A stretch of 63,973 nucleotides of DNA, filler included, from Octopus bimaculoides (taxonomy: Eukaryota), in assembly GCF_001194135.2 (NCBI RefSeq). It is 5 parts of 5 records of this genome, joined end to end, with 100 filler letters (N's around TTAATTAATTAA, not from the genome) between each part and the next. Parts side by side here need not be neighbours in the genome. Positions count along the whole stretch, not along the records: positions 24,039 to 52,257 come from NC_069005.1; positions 52,358 to 59,386 come from NC_068996.1; positions 59,487 to 62,536 come from NC_068987.1; positions 62,637 to 63,973 come from NW_026343226.1; 1 more part is not named here. The stretch is one strand, 5' to 3'. The notes below the pieces were generated by a model, which saw nothing but the letters and a program-made list of their open reading frames with translations, had not been told where the DNA came from and searched no databases. Each line of letters starts with the position of its first letter. Position 1 is the stretch's first letter. Made by a program: the position numbers and the translations under genes. This document shows, one piece after another, positions 51,871 to 63,870 of the stretch.

Positions 51871-52144
51871 TATCATCATCATCATCATCGTCATCATCAT
51901 CATCATCATTATCATCATCATCATCATCGTCATCCTCATCATCATCATTATCGTCGTCGTTGTCGTCATCATCATCATCATCATCGTCAACATCATTATC
52001 ATCGTCGTCGTCATGAACATCATCATCATCATCATCATCATCTTCAAGGTCGTCATCATCACCATCATCACCATCACCACCATTGTCATCACCATCATCA
52101 TCATTGTCATCATCATCATCGTCGTCGTCGTCATCATCATCATC

Positions 52145-52176
<32 letters not shown>

Positions 52177-52238
52177 CATCGTCGTCGTCATCCTCCTCCT
52201 CCTCCTCCTCCTCCTCCTCATCATCATCATCATCATCG
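51871..52238. repeat. Compound (CAT/CGT/CCT)n trinucleotide array
   Basis: Source of the poly-Asp/His/Met pseudo-ORFs in the track. Confidence 0.95.
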
Positions 52239-52257
52239 TCTCTCACTCATTCTATGT

Positions 52258-52357
52258 NNNNNNNNNNNNNNNNNNNNNNNNNNNNNNNNNNNNNNNNNNN
52301 NTTAATTAATTAANNNNNNNNNNNNNNNNNNNNNNNNNNNNNNNNNNNNNNNNNNNN
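52258..52357. other. Artificial scaffold-joining spacer (N44-TTAATTAATTAA-N44)
   Basis: Core at 52302-52313 with 44 N each side. Confidence 0.95.
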
Positions 52358-53099
52358 TAACATTGCTTGTTTTCACCTTTTCAATATCAGTGAAGAATTT
52401 CACTGGAAAAGAAGATATAAGGTTTGCCAGGTTTTTGTCTCTCTCACCAAGGTCATCAGCTGTCGAACGCCGACGAAGGGAAATAACCCTGAAATCCGGA
52501 TACGTTCGTGCTGCTGATCGAGGTGAGAGGGATAACTTCCCTTGGCAAACAGGACACAGTCGTGTGTCGATAAGCCAGCTGGAGGAGATGTCCTCCTGGG
52601 GCTAAAAGCAACAGTAACATCCACCCCTAGGGGTCAGCCACACTTAAGTGGCAATATACTACACATAAATCGCTATTGTATGCTTCTCGTTTCTGATCTT
52701 AGGACAACAAATAAGAATAAAACATAAAACAGATTTTAAAAGGGGACAGAAAGAGTCTAGACAAGCTCTGATTGGATAATAATATTGGCAAGATATTTCC
52801 ATTATTTGATCATATAGTCGTTTTACACAAAATATATACATAAATTATAATTTAAGTTAAAATTGAAGGAAATGGAGGTTCGATAATTGGTATAATGCTG
52901 GTTAAAGGACTAAAATAATGTCCCTTCTTTGAAAATATTTGTTCTTCTCTAACCCTACTCATCTGGCCAGTCTGGTAGCTGCGGTGGTTTATTCCCCGAA
53001 GATTTGTCCCTGTAACAGGTTGTATAAGATTATAGTGAAATCTGTCACATGATATTGCTAACAGAGTGAACTGTTACATTTTTTATCAAATTATGATTT

Positions 53100-53400
53100 A
53101 ATTATTTTCCTTGCTCTTGTTCCTGATGGGTACGTTATAGTAGATAGCACACACAGGTCGAAGACCTTTATTTTTAGACACATGGGCAAATTACTACTCA
53201 TGATGTGATTCAATTTTTACAAAAGTCTATCCATCACAATTATATTCATCGTGCAATTTGTTTGGCCTGACTTTTTTCCTTTGAGCAGATTATTTGTCCA
53301 AAATAGGCGTATTGGTTTATACATTCAACTATTTCATCATGCATTATTACATTTCCAGCTGTGGTTAGATGGTTGGAGGTTATCTTCGCTTCCTTAATAT
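53100..53400 (-). mobile_element. RTE LINE fragment, inverted upstream half
   Basis: Minus translation GNVIMHDEIVECINQYAYFGQII..KLNHIMSSNLPMCLKIKVFDLCVLSTITY (YxYLG...LK.KVF..CVLP..TYG motif). Confidence 0.8.
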
Positions 53401-53404
53401 TAAT

Positions 53405-53722
53405 TTTGAGCTACGGAAAACAGAATGCTGAAGATTAACAAAATGGATAAGTGGAGAAAGATAAGAATGGCAACAGATTTAACGGATATTACTTGTGATA
53501 TGATCTTTCGTAGGACGTGTTTAGAAGAAAGGAAAATAGATGGAATACCTAATTGATAGAATGAACTCCACGTCCAGAAAAAAGAAGGGGAGACAATTCA
53601 GAAGTTGGAATGAAAACTTTGTTAAATTCTTCAGCACCTAAATATGGATGAGGAAAACAGTAGCCCATGGTTAGCAGAGAGAACATACTGAGATATTAAT
53701 CCAACAGTGGACTGAACAAGGA
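53405..53722 (+). mobile_element. RTE LINE 3' terminal fragment
   Basis: Plus translation ATENRMLKINKMDK..IRMATDLTDI..NRWNT.LIE.TPRP..IQQWTEQG, matching the RTE ORF2 C-terminus. Confidence 0.75.
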
Positions 53723-53935
53723 TACTCTTTTACTCTTTTACTTGTTTCAGTCTTTTGACTGTGGCCATGCTGGAGCACCGCCTTTAGTCGAGCAAATCAA
53801 TCCCAGGACTTATTCTTTGTAAGCCTAGTACTTATTCTATCGGTCTCTTTTGCCGAACCGCTAAGTTACGTAAACACACCAGCATCGGTTGTTAAGCGAT
53901 GTTGTGGGGACAAACACAGACACACAAACACATAC
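53722..53935 (-). mobile_element. SINE family C
   Basis: ttttactcttttacttgtttcagtcttttgactgtggccatgctggagcaccgcc...ttgccgaaccgctaagttacg; (TTTTAC)n-type tail. Confidence 0.75.
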
Positions 53936-53967
53936 ACGCATACATATATATATATATATATATATAC

Positions 53968-54135
53968 ATATATACGACGGGATTCTTTCAGTTTCCGTCT
54001 ACCAAATCCACTCACAAGGCTTTGGTCGGCCCAAGGCTATAGTAGAAGACACTTGCCCAAGATGCCACGCAGTGGGACTGAACCCGGAAGCGTGTGGTTG
54101 GTAAGCAAGCTACTTACCACACAGCCACTCCTACG
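53968..54135 (-). mobile_element. SINE family B, near full length
   Basis: Reverse complement reads gtaggagtggctgtgtggtaagtagcttgcttaccaaccacacgcttccgggttcagtcccactgcgtggcatcttgggcaagtgtc...gccttgtgagtggatttggtagacggaaactgaaaga. Confidence 0.85.
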
Positions 54136-54511
54136 CCAGGATGGTGATAATTTTATTAAATTTTTGTCCAACTCTATAATTAATCAGCTGTTCTTTTTCG
54201 CAATTAGAATCTATTTTTTTTGTTCCATATTTGGTAACTGTTATTTGATCGGATCCGAAAATCTCAGAAAATATTTCTTTTGGTTTTAAAAATGTCCCTA
54301 ATACGCATAGATGGGAGATAGCTGATTACGATGGCAAGCGTTGATTGGATAAAATCGAATAAAAGGACTTTATTGTTTGACTATTATTATAAAGGTAAGA
54401 AGATATAAATATGAATATGAGAAAGTGAAACATACACACACGCACACTCATTATGTATATTAGAACTAAATCGGTATTATTCAAGTTTTAATTGAAAGTA
54501 AAAAGAAATAT

Positions 54512-54810
54512 TGTCAAAGATTTGTTAATTTAACTTGTTTTCATTTTCTGCCAATCGTAAACACTAAGATCTTTAATACAAATTCTTTTAAGGTAAACTA
54601 TTCTTACAGTAGAAGTCTTGCTAGCTACTTCAATTCAAAATCGATTTCTACCGTCGATAATATTGTCACTTTTACATGTGACTGTATTGTTCCAAACAAT
54701 TGTCGTCTCAACGGTAATTGCCTTTTGAAATCTTTAGTATATTGTGACAAGGTACAATAGCAATGTGCCCAAATCTTTTCAATGGAAAGAAATTCAAGTA
54801 TCGTTTTTGT
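54512..54810 (+). mobile_element. Penelope-like element fragment (RT to GIY-YIG linker)
   Basis: Open frame 54512-54760 CQRFVNLTCFHFLPIVNTKIFNTNSFKVNYSYS...TCDCIVPNNCRLNGNCLLKSLVY resembles the PLE pattern G..FL.L..HFP....KIFN.N..KVSYS...CNC....CPL.G.CL..S.VY. Confidence 0.7.
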
Positions 54811-55704
54811 TTGCTTATTCATTTATTCAATCACCCGGAAATAAGTTTCACCACCAGATTGTACAAGTATGTTTGTTTTTTGAAAAACAAATAAATAAAA
54901 GTTCCGTTGCGTTAAAATTTAAAAAGATATATTTTAGGACTTACATTTCCATATAAGCACAGCTTCCTTCTCAAGAAATTGCGTTGTAAAATTTTGCTTA
55001 ACAGAGAAGTTTGTCATGTTTAAATGAAAAATCCGTATGCTAGGTATTATGTACACTCTTCTGAATATTTGCTTTGTAACTGTATACTTTCTAGCAGTTA
55101 ATGCCCAGGATTTTTCAGAATAATTAGATTTTTACGCTCTAATTCTCGTCTCGTTATTTGGAAAGTTTCCATTTTTATATTCTTGAATATTTTCCTTGTA
55201 CCTCTAGTCTTTTTTACACGTTCGCAATAATATATATTTTCTTTCCCTTTACATAGGTTTCTATACACACATACACACACACATACATATATGTATGCAT
55301 ACATACGTACATACATACATACATACATACATACATACATACATACATACATACAAACAAAATACATACATGCATACTATATTAACACATACATATATAT
55401 ATTAACACATATACATGCATACAAATACATACACATACCCACATATATATTTTCCATGTACTTATATATTCTGTTTCAGCTCCAGCTTCAAATCCCTCCT
55501 TCAGTTACTTAATATTTGAAAACCGTTTTCTTTGTTAACCAGTAAGCTTCTTATATTCAACCATATCTAACTACTGCTTGCTATCATATTAAAACATTTC
55601 TACTTTTTGGTTAAGTACCATTTTTAAAAATATATTTTCCATATTTGCCTGAAGGTCAGAAAATATAAAATCGGAGCAATGATTTATATACTCTGAGCTT
55701 CAAA

Positions 55705-55875
55705 TACTGATATTCTGTCGGTTTCGACAACGAGTTTCCAGTTGATCCGATCAACGGAACATCTATTTGTGAAATTAATGTGCAAGTGGCCGGGTACTCT
55801 GCAGGCAAGCGTACCCTTAACATAGTTCACAGTGAGATTCAACGTGGGACAGAATGTAACAAAACTGGCCTATAT
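55705..55875 (-). mobile_element. SINE-like repeat (family D), 3' part
   Basis: Inverse-homologous to 58925-59085 (ccagttgatccgatcaacggaac..gtgaaattaa..tgcaagtggc..gagtactc). Confidence 0.65.
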
Positions 55876-55898
55876 TAAAAAGGATTATTATTATTGAT

Positions 55899-56348
55899 AT
55901 GGTGAGGAGCTGGCAGAATCGTTAGCACGCTGGACGAAATGTTTAGCGGTATTTCGCCCGTTGCTACGTTCTGATTTCAAATTCCGCTGAGGTCGATTTT
56001 GCCTTTTATCCTTTCGGGGTCGATAAGTTAAGTACCAGTGAAACACTGGGATCCGTGTAATCGACTAGTCCCCCCCCCCCACCACCACCTAATTTCAGGC
56101 CTTGTGCCTATAGTATAAAGGATTATTATTATATAAAGGCAGCAAGCTGGCAGAATCGTTAACACGAAATGCTTAGCGATATTTCTTCGGTCTTCATGTT
56201 CTGAGTTCAAATTCCACCGGGGTCGACTTTGCCTTATATTCTTTCGGGGTCGATAGATTAGATACCGGTGAAACACTGGGATCCATGTAATCGACTAGTC
56301 CCCTCCCCCGAAATTTCAGGCCTTGTGCCTATTGTAGAAAGGGTTATA
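55899..56348 (+). mobile_element. Two head-to-tail family A SINEs (about 55899-56130 and 56137-56348)
   Basis: Both start with gagctggcagaatcgtta, contain a gttcaaattcc/ttcaaattcc B-box and end ggccttgtgcctat..gtanaaagg. Confidence 0.88.
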
Positions 56349-57760
56349 TAGAAATACTTCCAGCATTCAGTACTTTCTTCTGTCTCACTTATTTATCATA
56401 AAGTATTTACACTATCCACACATATATGTGCTAAAATACCTTCAGATCTCATACATATATGCATACATAGATCGTATATTGTTGTTTGGGACAGAAAAAG
56501 AAATATATGTACCGTCGTGGAGGTCAGTTGCCCACCTGATGTGAATGTCACTTTCAAAAATCAAAGAGGAAGGGGATAACTATGGACAGCTGGTACGAAA
56601 ACTCCAACTTCTATCTTCAGATTATAAATTCACATCTATACCAATAATAATTGATGCACTTGGTTTTCTTAGTTAATGCCAAAGTGACAATATAGAAAAG
56701 CTAGACATTCCAGAAAAAGAAATCAACTAGCTAAGTCACACATTTCAAGTACAATCTATTAGTAGAGCAGCAAAAATATGCAAGACTTTTCACAAGAACA
56801 AAATGAAATTCTTTCTGTTATCTGCATTCCGACGATAGATCTCTGTATCTTTGTTAAAAACCAGCTGCTTCTTAAGACGAACAATTCAAATAATAAAAAA
56901 TAGAAGACACGCACGCACGCGCGCGCACACACACACACACACGCAGACACACACGCTCACGCGTACACACACACTCTCACGCGCGCGCGTACAAATATGT
57001 AGAAAATAAAAACGTGGTGGAAATCGTTTCTTGACCGAGTAAGGCCCCATTCTTTTGAAGTTGGTTTCTCCATGACTGATGACGCCTCATGGCTCCTAAG
57101 TCCTGCAAGAAACAAATTATTCCACACTAATCTCTAATCAGCCTTCCAACAACTGGCTGACCGTCCTTGATGTTGTTGGGACCTACAATTCCCCGTAAGT
57201 TCACTGACCGACCCACACATTTTGCTACACAAAGTACACGAGAGATCATGCAGGATTTCACGTAANNNNNNNNNNNNNNNNNNNNNNNNNNNNNNNNNNN
57301 NNNNNNNNNNNNNNNNNNNNNNNNNNNNNNNNNNNNNNNNNNNNNNNNNNNNNNNNNNNNNNNNNNNNNNNNNNNNNNNNNNNNNNNNNNNNNNNNNNNN
57401 NNNNNNNNNNNNNNNNNNNNNNNNNNNNNNNNNNNNNNNNNNNNNNNNNNNNNNNNNNNNNNNNNNNNNNNNNNNNNNNNNNNNNNNNNNNNNNNNNNNN
57501 NNNNNNNNNNNNNNNNNNNNNNNNNNNNNNNNNNNNNNNNNNNNNNNNNNNNNNNNNNNNNNNNNNNNNNNNNNNNNNNNNNNNNNNNNNNNNNNNNNNN
57601 NNNNNNNNNNNNNNNNNNNNNNNNNNNNNNNNNNNNNNNNNNNNNNNNNNNNNNNNNNNNNNNNNNNNNNNNNNNNNNNNNNNNNNNNNNNNNNNNNNNN
57701 NNNNNGTATATATATATATACACATACATGTATATATATATATATATATATCCATACATG

Positions 57761-57816
<56 letters not shown>

Positions 57817-58092
57817 CATATGTGTTTGTGTGTGTAAGCGTTTATGAAAATGTGTATGTACTACACATTTGTATGTAAGTCATGTGTATACACATGTGTA
57901 TGTGAGTCTTTTGATCGCTGATATATAAATGTATATATGCGCCAATGTTTATATGTACACATGTGTGTGTGTATGCGCATGTACGTGTCTTTGTGTGTCC
58001 CCCCAAATTAACTTCTACTCTAACGTATGTGTCTTTATATAACACACACATATGCATGCACGTGCACGTGTATGTATGTGAATGTATATATG

Positions 58093-58179
<87 letters not shown>

Positions 58180-58723
58180 TCTACCTTGTAGACGTTCACA
58201 TATTTAGTAGTCAGAAGATATTTTAGTATGACAAGTAACCACGACAATAAATACTTACTGCTTGTCAACCAGCATTAGCCGTAAACCTTTGTGTAAACAT
58301 TGTTGCCACATTCTATCAATAACTGCAGCAAAAACAATATAATTTCTAAGACTAACAACTATATAACCTCCATGCATAGCACACACAGAGAATTATGTTC
58401 TTAACAAGTGACAAATATGGTTAACAGAAGCTACCCAGAGATTAAGATGACCCGATGGTTAAGTGCTCAACAGGAAAACAATCGCTGTAAATAAGTGTAT
58501 AGTGGCCTGGTGGTGTAGGGTTGGTTAAAGTGTTTATTTTGAAAGCGCATGGTTATGAATTCTATCGCAGCGCGTGACAATTTAAACAAGTGCCCTCTGT
58601 TAAAGGCTTCTGTTCACTACTGTCTTTTGAACGGAATTTAACAAACGTAAACTGCGAGGCTAACGTTCGTGCGTTTATATTTGTATAAGCATACGCGTTA
58701 ATGAATATATATANNNNNNNNNN

Positions 58724-58756
<33 letters not shown>

Positions 58757-58777
58757 CAAACACACTCACAGATTTAT

Positions 58778-59085
58778 GGTGAAGGCGTGGCTTAGATGTT
58801 TGGCTCAATAGATTTAGGTCGTGAGTTCAACAATCGGCGGGGCGTTGTGTCTTTCAGCAAGACACTTTGTTTCAAGTTTTTCCTGTTCAATCAGCTGGTA
58901 AAAATTTATAGTACCTGTAATTCAAAAGGGCTGGCCTTGTCACATTCCGGTTCACGCTGAACCTTCCTGAGAACTACGTTAAATGTATGCGTGTCTGTAG
59001 AATGCTTAGCTCCTTGCATGTTAATTTCATGAGCAGCTTGTTCCATCAATCGGATCAACTGAAGCATTCGTCGTCGTAACCGAAA
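58778..59085 (+). mobile_element. SINE-like repeat (family D), tRNA-like head plus body
   Basis: ggtgaaggcgtggcttag...gtcgtgagttcaa...gtgtctttcagcaagacact...gttaatttcatgagcag..gttccatcaatcggatcaactg. Confidence 0.65.
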
Positions 59086-59224
59086 GCAAGAAGCCCCACT
59101 TCATTAAAGAAGTGATATTAGACCAGTGCGCGTGTTTACCACTATTGGCGTAGTGACCCTCTCAAGAACGACATGATTTCTTTCAATTCCCATCAAGAAT
59201 CTTGCAAATTAAATACAAAAACGA

Positions 59225-59281
<57 letters not shown>

Positions 59282-59386
59282 CACTGTATGTACATAAATC
59301 AGACTATCAGCTGTTGGTATACATCGCTAGTCACAATGCACTTCCAAGCCTTTCTTAATCGCATCATTCTTTTATATATATATATC

Positions 59387-59486
59387 NNNNNNNNNNNNNN
59401 NNNNNNNNNNNNNNNNNNNNNNNNNNNNNNTTAATTAATTAANNNNNNNNNNNNNNNNNNNNNNNNNNNNNNNNNNNNNNNNNNNN
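59387..59486. other. Artificial scaffold-joining spacer (N44-TTAATTAATTAA-N44)
   Basis: Core at 59431-59442 with 44 N each side. Confidence 0.95.
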
Positions 59487-59635
59487 CTGGTGTTTTTGTT
59501 ATGTATTTGTCTGAATATTTTTTTATTATACCTAAGGCACCTACTATGATAGGAATTGTTTCTGTTTTTAGATTCCACATTCGAGTTATCTCTATTTCCA
59601 GGTCTTTGTATTTTGAAAGTTTTTCCATTTCTTTT
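59487..59635 (-). mobile_element. R4/Dong-like LINE endonuclease C-terminal fragment
   Basis: EKLSKYKDLEIEITRMWNLKTETIPIIVGALGII (EK..KY.DL..E..R.W....P.V.GALG); cut by the spacer. Confidence 0.82.
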
Positions 59636-59738
59636 AGAGAATATTATTATTATTATTATTATTATTATTATCATCATCATCATCATTATTATTAGTAGTA
59701 GTAGTATTAGTATTAGTATTATTATTATTATTATTATT

Positions 59739-59780
<42 letters not shown>

Positions 59781-60387
59781 ATTGGGAATGCAAATGTCAT
59801 GAAAATTAATATGATACTGAATAAAAGATTCTCATCAGTGATAAACCAAACCACAGCCAAAACAAAACAACAAAAATTTGGAAACAAACAAATACGAATA
59901 TAGGGAAGTGGTAAATGGAACAATAAAGAAGAAATGTTGTCTTAGAAAACATCATTAAAAAAATCATTAAAAATGAAAGTAAGGTTACCCAAAATATTGT
60001 CTCCGTCAGAGGTTTGACCTACTAACTTAGATAAGATAGCGTAGTTCCAGAACTGTGTGCCGGTTACTGGATCACTCGACTCTATATCAATCCTTGCTTT
60101 GTTTGTACTTTTTTTTTGTTTTGTTCCATTCCTTGAATTTATATTTCTTTCATTCGTTCTTTCTATATCTACCTTGTTTTCTTTTCAAAACATATTTTTT
60201 AATTGGATAAAAACGAGAAAAAGTAAGCCATATTGTCGTGTGCCCTAAATTTGCACGAAAAATGGCCAAACCTGTGGCACTGGTGCATAAGTATATGCAC
60301 GTATGTTCGCTTTCATACATGTGTGAATATGTACGTTTAATATATGTACAAATATACAAACGCATACATTAATATATTCAAATTATG

Positions 60388-60450
<63 letters not shown>

Positions 60451-60515
60451 NNNNNNNNNNNNNNNNNNNNNNNNNNNNNNNNNNNNNNNNNNNNNNNNNN
60501 NNNNNNNNNNNNNNN

Positions 60516-60566
<51 letters not shown>

Positions 60567-60861
60567 ATACGTATTTGTATTTAGTATATATTTATGTGTG
60601 TCATCGTATTATAATTGCTTTGATGTGACACATATTCACAGCTTAATCTGTATCAGGCGTAGTCTTTGCAAAATGTTGTTTTTTTTCTTCAAAATTTATT
60701 CTTTCGGAATCATATAAGCAAACTGCTATTAAAATTTCTAAACTACTTTAATTGTATTATTTACAGAACCACTTAACGCTTTTGGTACATAATCGATGGC
60801 CTATATTCCAAAGAGGAAGAAAAAATATCTTGATAAACAGATACCGAAAAACTATGCAGAG

Positions 60862-61021
60862 ATGACGTGGTTTTGTGGTAAGCAGCTTGCTTCCTAAACA
60901 TATGGTGCCTGGTTCGGTCCCACTACGTGGCACCTTGGGCAAGTGTCTTTTACTATATAGCTCCGGACCGACCAAAGCCTTGTGAGTGGATTTGGTAGAC
61001 AGAAAATGAAAGAAGCCCGTC

Positions 61022-61023
<2 letters not shown>
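60862..61023 (+). mobile_element. SINE family B
   Basis: gacgtggttttgtggtaagcagcttgcttcc...ggttcggtcccactacgtggcaccttgggcaagtgtc...gccttgtgagtggatttggtagac..aaagaagcccgtcg, followed by (TA)n. Confidence 0.85.
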
Positions 61024-61056
<33 letters not shown>

Positions 61057-61239
61057 CATGAATGTATTTGTGTGTGTGTGTCTNNNNNNNNNNTTCTGTG
61101 TTTGTACCTCCTGCCACAGCTTGACAACCGGCGTTGGTGTGCTTGCATCCCAGTAACTTACCGATAAAATATTACTAGGCTTAAAAAATAAATCTCGCAT
61201 GGCCACAGTTAAATTACTGAAACGAGTAAAATGTAAAAG

Positions 61240-61287
<48 letters not shown>

Positions 61288-62483
61288 TATGCTGAGTCAG
61301 GAGATTAGCAATATTTTGATAAACTTGCTTTATTCATTAAGTGACAACAAAAGCAGCCTAGCATCCAATGCATACACCATCGTGTTGCACCATCTGAAGC
61401 CCCCTTTTTTACCAGTTCTTCGACATCACGTTGATATCATTTCTTATCCTTCAAGGTGAAGAACTCATTCACTGAAGCTTCCACCACCTCTTGGTCGATA
61501 TGAAGCGTCGCGAGTGCAGGAAGTGAGCCATGGAGACACAGTAACAGAATATGTGACAAATTCATGACAACTGCAAAGCTTTAGGTATCTGTTGGTCAAC
61601 TTAGGTCAGGTGGTACTATTGGTCTGCAAGATGTTTTATTGTTTCTTAGACCATATGGGCGCACAGAATAAGTGGACAGAGTAGGTAACTGTCGCCGTTG
61701 TCTCAAGAAGCTTCAGTGTAGTTATATAACGTCATTAGTTCATTGCATCGGCTGTTACACATGGCAGAGCAAAGTGCTGCAGGCTACATTTTCGTGCCCC
61801 ATGAAAGTATGGCTTGGCCCTACCAACGATGTCTTATGTTTCTTACTAACTGCATATCGTTGCCTGTGCAGTGAATAGGCTTGTCAGGACCCTTAGGTGC
61901 CATAAATTCGGAGCTTGACATCCCAAGAACTGCCGGAACTCGTTTGCAGCTGAGTGGACTGGAGTAACGTGAAATAAAGTGTTTTGCTCAAGAACAAACA
62001 TTTGGCTAAATGAGCACTGGGCGGTAAGCAACCAGACTAAGTGTAATTGAAAGGTGAAATTTTCCCAGCTCCTTAACCTAAATCAGTGAAAATTTTGAAA
62101 GAAATAAACTGTGTTCGCTGTAACACCATCTCGATGTCGCCTTCAAGTACTACCTTTGTTCAGTATAAAACTTTAGCGAAGCAGGATCTCCAGAGTCAAC
62201 ATGTGGACAGATTTGACTGATAGACGAGCGACTATCTCGAGTGGGTTTGTGGCTGAAGCTATTTTAATCATTCACGAGAATAACTGAGCATAACATTGTA
62301 CGTGTTAAAGAGCTTAAGGCATTTACATGGGAGGCTCTGCTTTTTCTCCACACTCAATAAATTTAAGAAATATATATGAAAGTGTAAGTAATATGTCATA
62401 GTGGGTACAACTTCTTCAATCTCAACAAAAGACTAGATTATCATACTAAAATAAAACGGTGAGGCTCTCTTTCTTTCTTTCTT

Positions 62484-62536
<53 letters not shown>

Positions 62537-62636
62537 NNNNNNNNNNNNNNNNNNNNNNNNNNNNNNNNNNNNNNNNNNNNTTAATTAATTAANNNNNNNN
62601 NNNNNNNNNNNNNNNNNNNNNNNNNNNNNNNNNNNN
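62537..62636. other. Artificial scaffold-joining spacer (N44-TTAATTAATTAA-N44)
   Basis: Core at 62581-62592 with 44 N each side. Confidence 0.95.
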
Positions 62637-62897
62637 GACAACCTCTCAACTGGTATTTTGCAGTCTGTCTGATGCACATTTGGGCCAAGCCATGCATCAG
62701 TTGCTGCATCGTTTCCGTTAGAGCAAGACAGTCTGAGAAAAGTTGAGCATTTGGAAGCAGGAAATCAATAGAAGAGGCATAATGGGAGGGAAACTTGGCA
62801 CTGATTGGTAATGGTCACTTAAACATGTGATCGTTGCTATGGGAACCTTGTGGAGACGCTGTGCTAACTGGTGAGTGAATGAGCTGGTCAATGAAGG

Positions 62898-63108
62898 TAG
62901 TAGCAGCAGCAGCAGCAGTAGTAGTAGCAGCAGCAGCAGCAGTAGTAGTAGTAGTTGTAGTAGTAGTAGTAGAAGCAGTAGTAGCAGCAGCAGTAAGGTT
63001 AGTGATAGTAGTAGTAGCAGCAGCAGTAGTATTGGTAGCAGCAACAGCAGTAATAGGAGTAGTAGCAGCAGCAGTAGTAGTAGTAGAAACAGCAGCAGTA
63101 GTAGCAGC

Positions 63109-63141
<33 letters not shown>

Positions 63142-63160
63142 GGTGGTGGTGGTGGTAGCA
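62898..63160. repeat. (AGT/AGC)n plus (GGT)n compound microsatellite
   Basis: Source of the poly-Ser/Thr/Leu pseudo-ORFs. Confidence 0.95.
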
Positions 63161-63229
63161 ATAAGTTGTGATGATATTAGGTGAGTAAGCGGTGACACTT
63201 GGGCGACCCACTACGACAGTTTTTGTGAT

Positions 63230-63870
63230 TCATATCATATCATATTACCATAGTAACAATATCATTAACACACTAGATATCATTACAATGGCTGTTATAT
63301 CAATAACACTAGTTATCATTACCATAACAACTATGTCAAACTATGTCATTAGCACTAATTATTATTACCATAGATATTATATTATTAACACTGTAATTAT
63401 AATAACCACTGCAGTTACATCATTACATCATCAGTGTAATTATCATTGCCAGAGTTATTATATCATTAACACTGTCATTATCATTACAAGACCAGTTATT
63501 TCATTAACGCTAATTATCATTACCACAGTAGTTACATCATTAACACTAGTTATTACAACAACTACATCACAAATGCTGTAATTATCATTACCACAGTAGT
63601 TATTTCATTTTCACTAATTATTATTACAACATTCACATCCTTAGCACAAATTATCATTACTATAATGACTACATCATTAATGCTATGGCTGTTATTACGA
63701 CAGCAGTTATATCACTAACACTGATTATCATTACAATAACAACAATATCGTTAGCGCTGTAATTATCATTACAACAGCAGCTCAATTATATCACACCAAT
63801 CATCATTACTGCAACAGTTACCTCACCAATATCATAATTATCATTCCGACAGCGAGCGTATCATTAGTAA
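63230..63870. repeat. Degenerate minisatellite, ~30-36 bp unit
   Basis: Approximate consensus ctgtaattatcattaccacagcagttatatcattaaca, recurring with many substitutions and indels. Confidence 0.75.

Noticed and set aside
5688-56348. A/B-box tRNA-like sequences as tRNA genes
   Set aside because: They are heads of dispersed SINEs followed by family-specific bodies and tails, and do not form complete cloverleaves.
24417-63581. Many long ORFs in the supplied track (YIYI, CVCV, THTH, poly-D/S/H/I/N/R and X-runs)
   Set aside because: They are translations of dinucleotide/trinucleotide microsatellites and N gaps, with no domain content or splice support.
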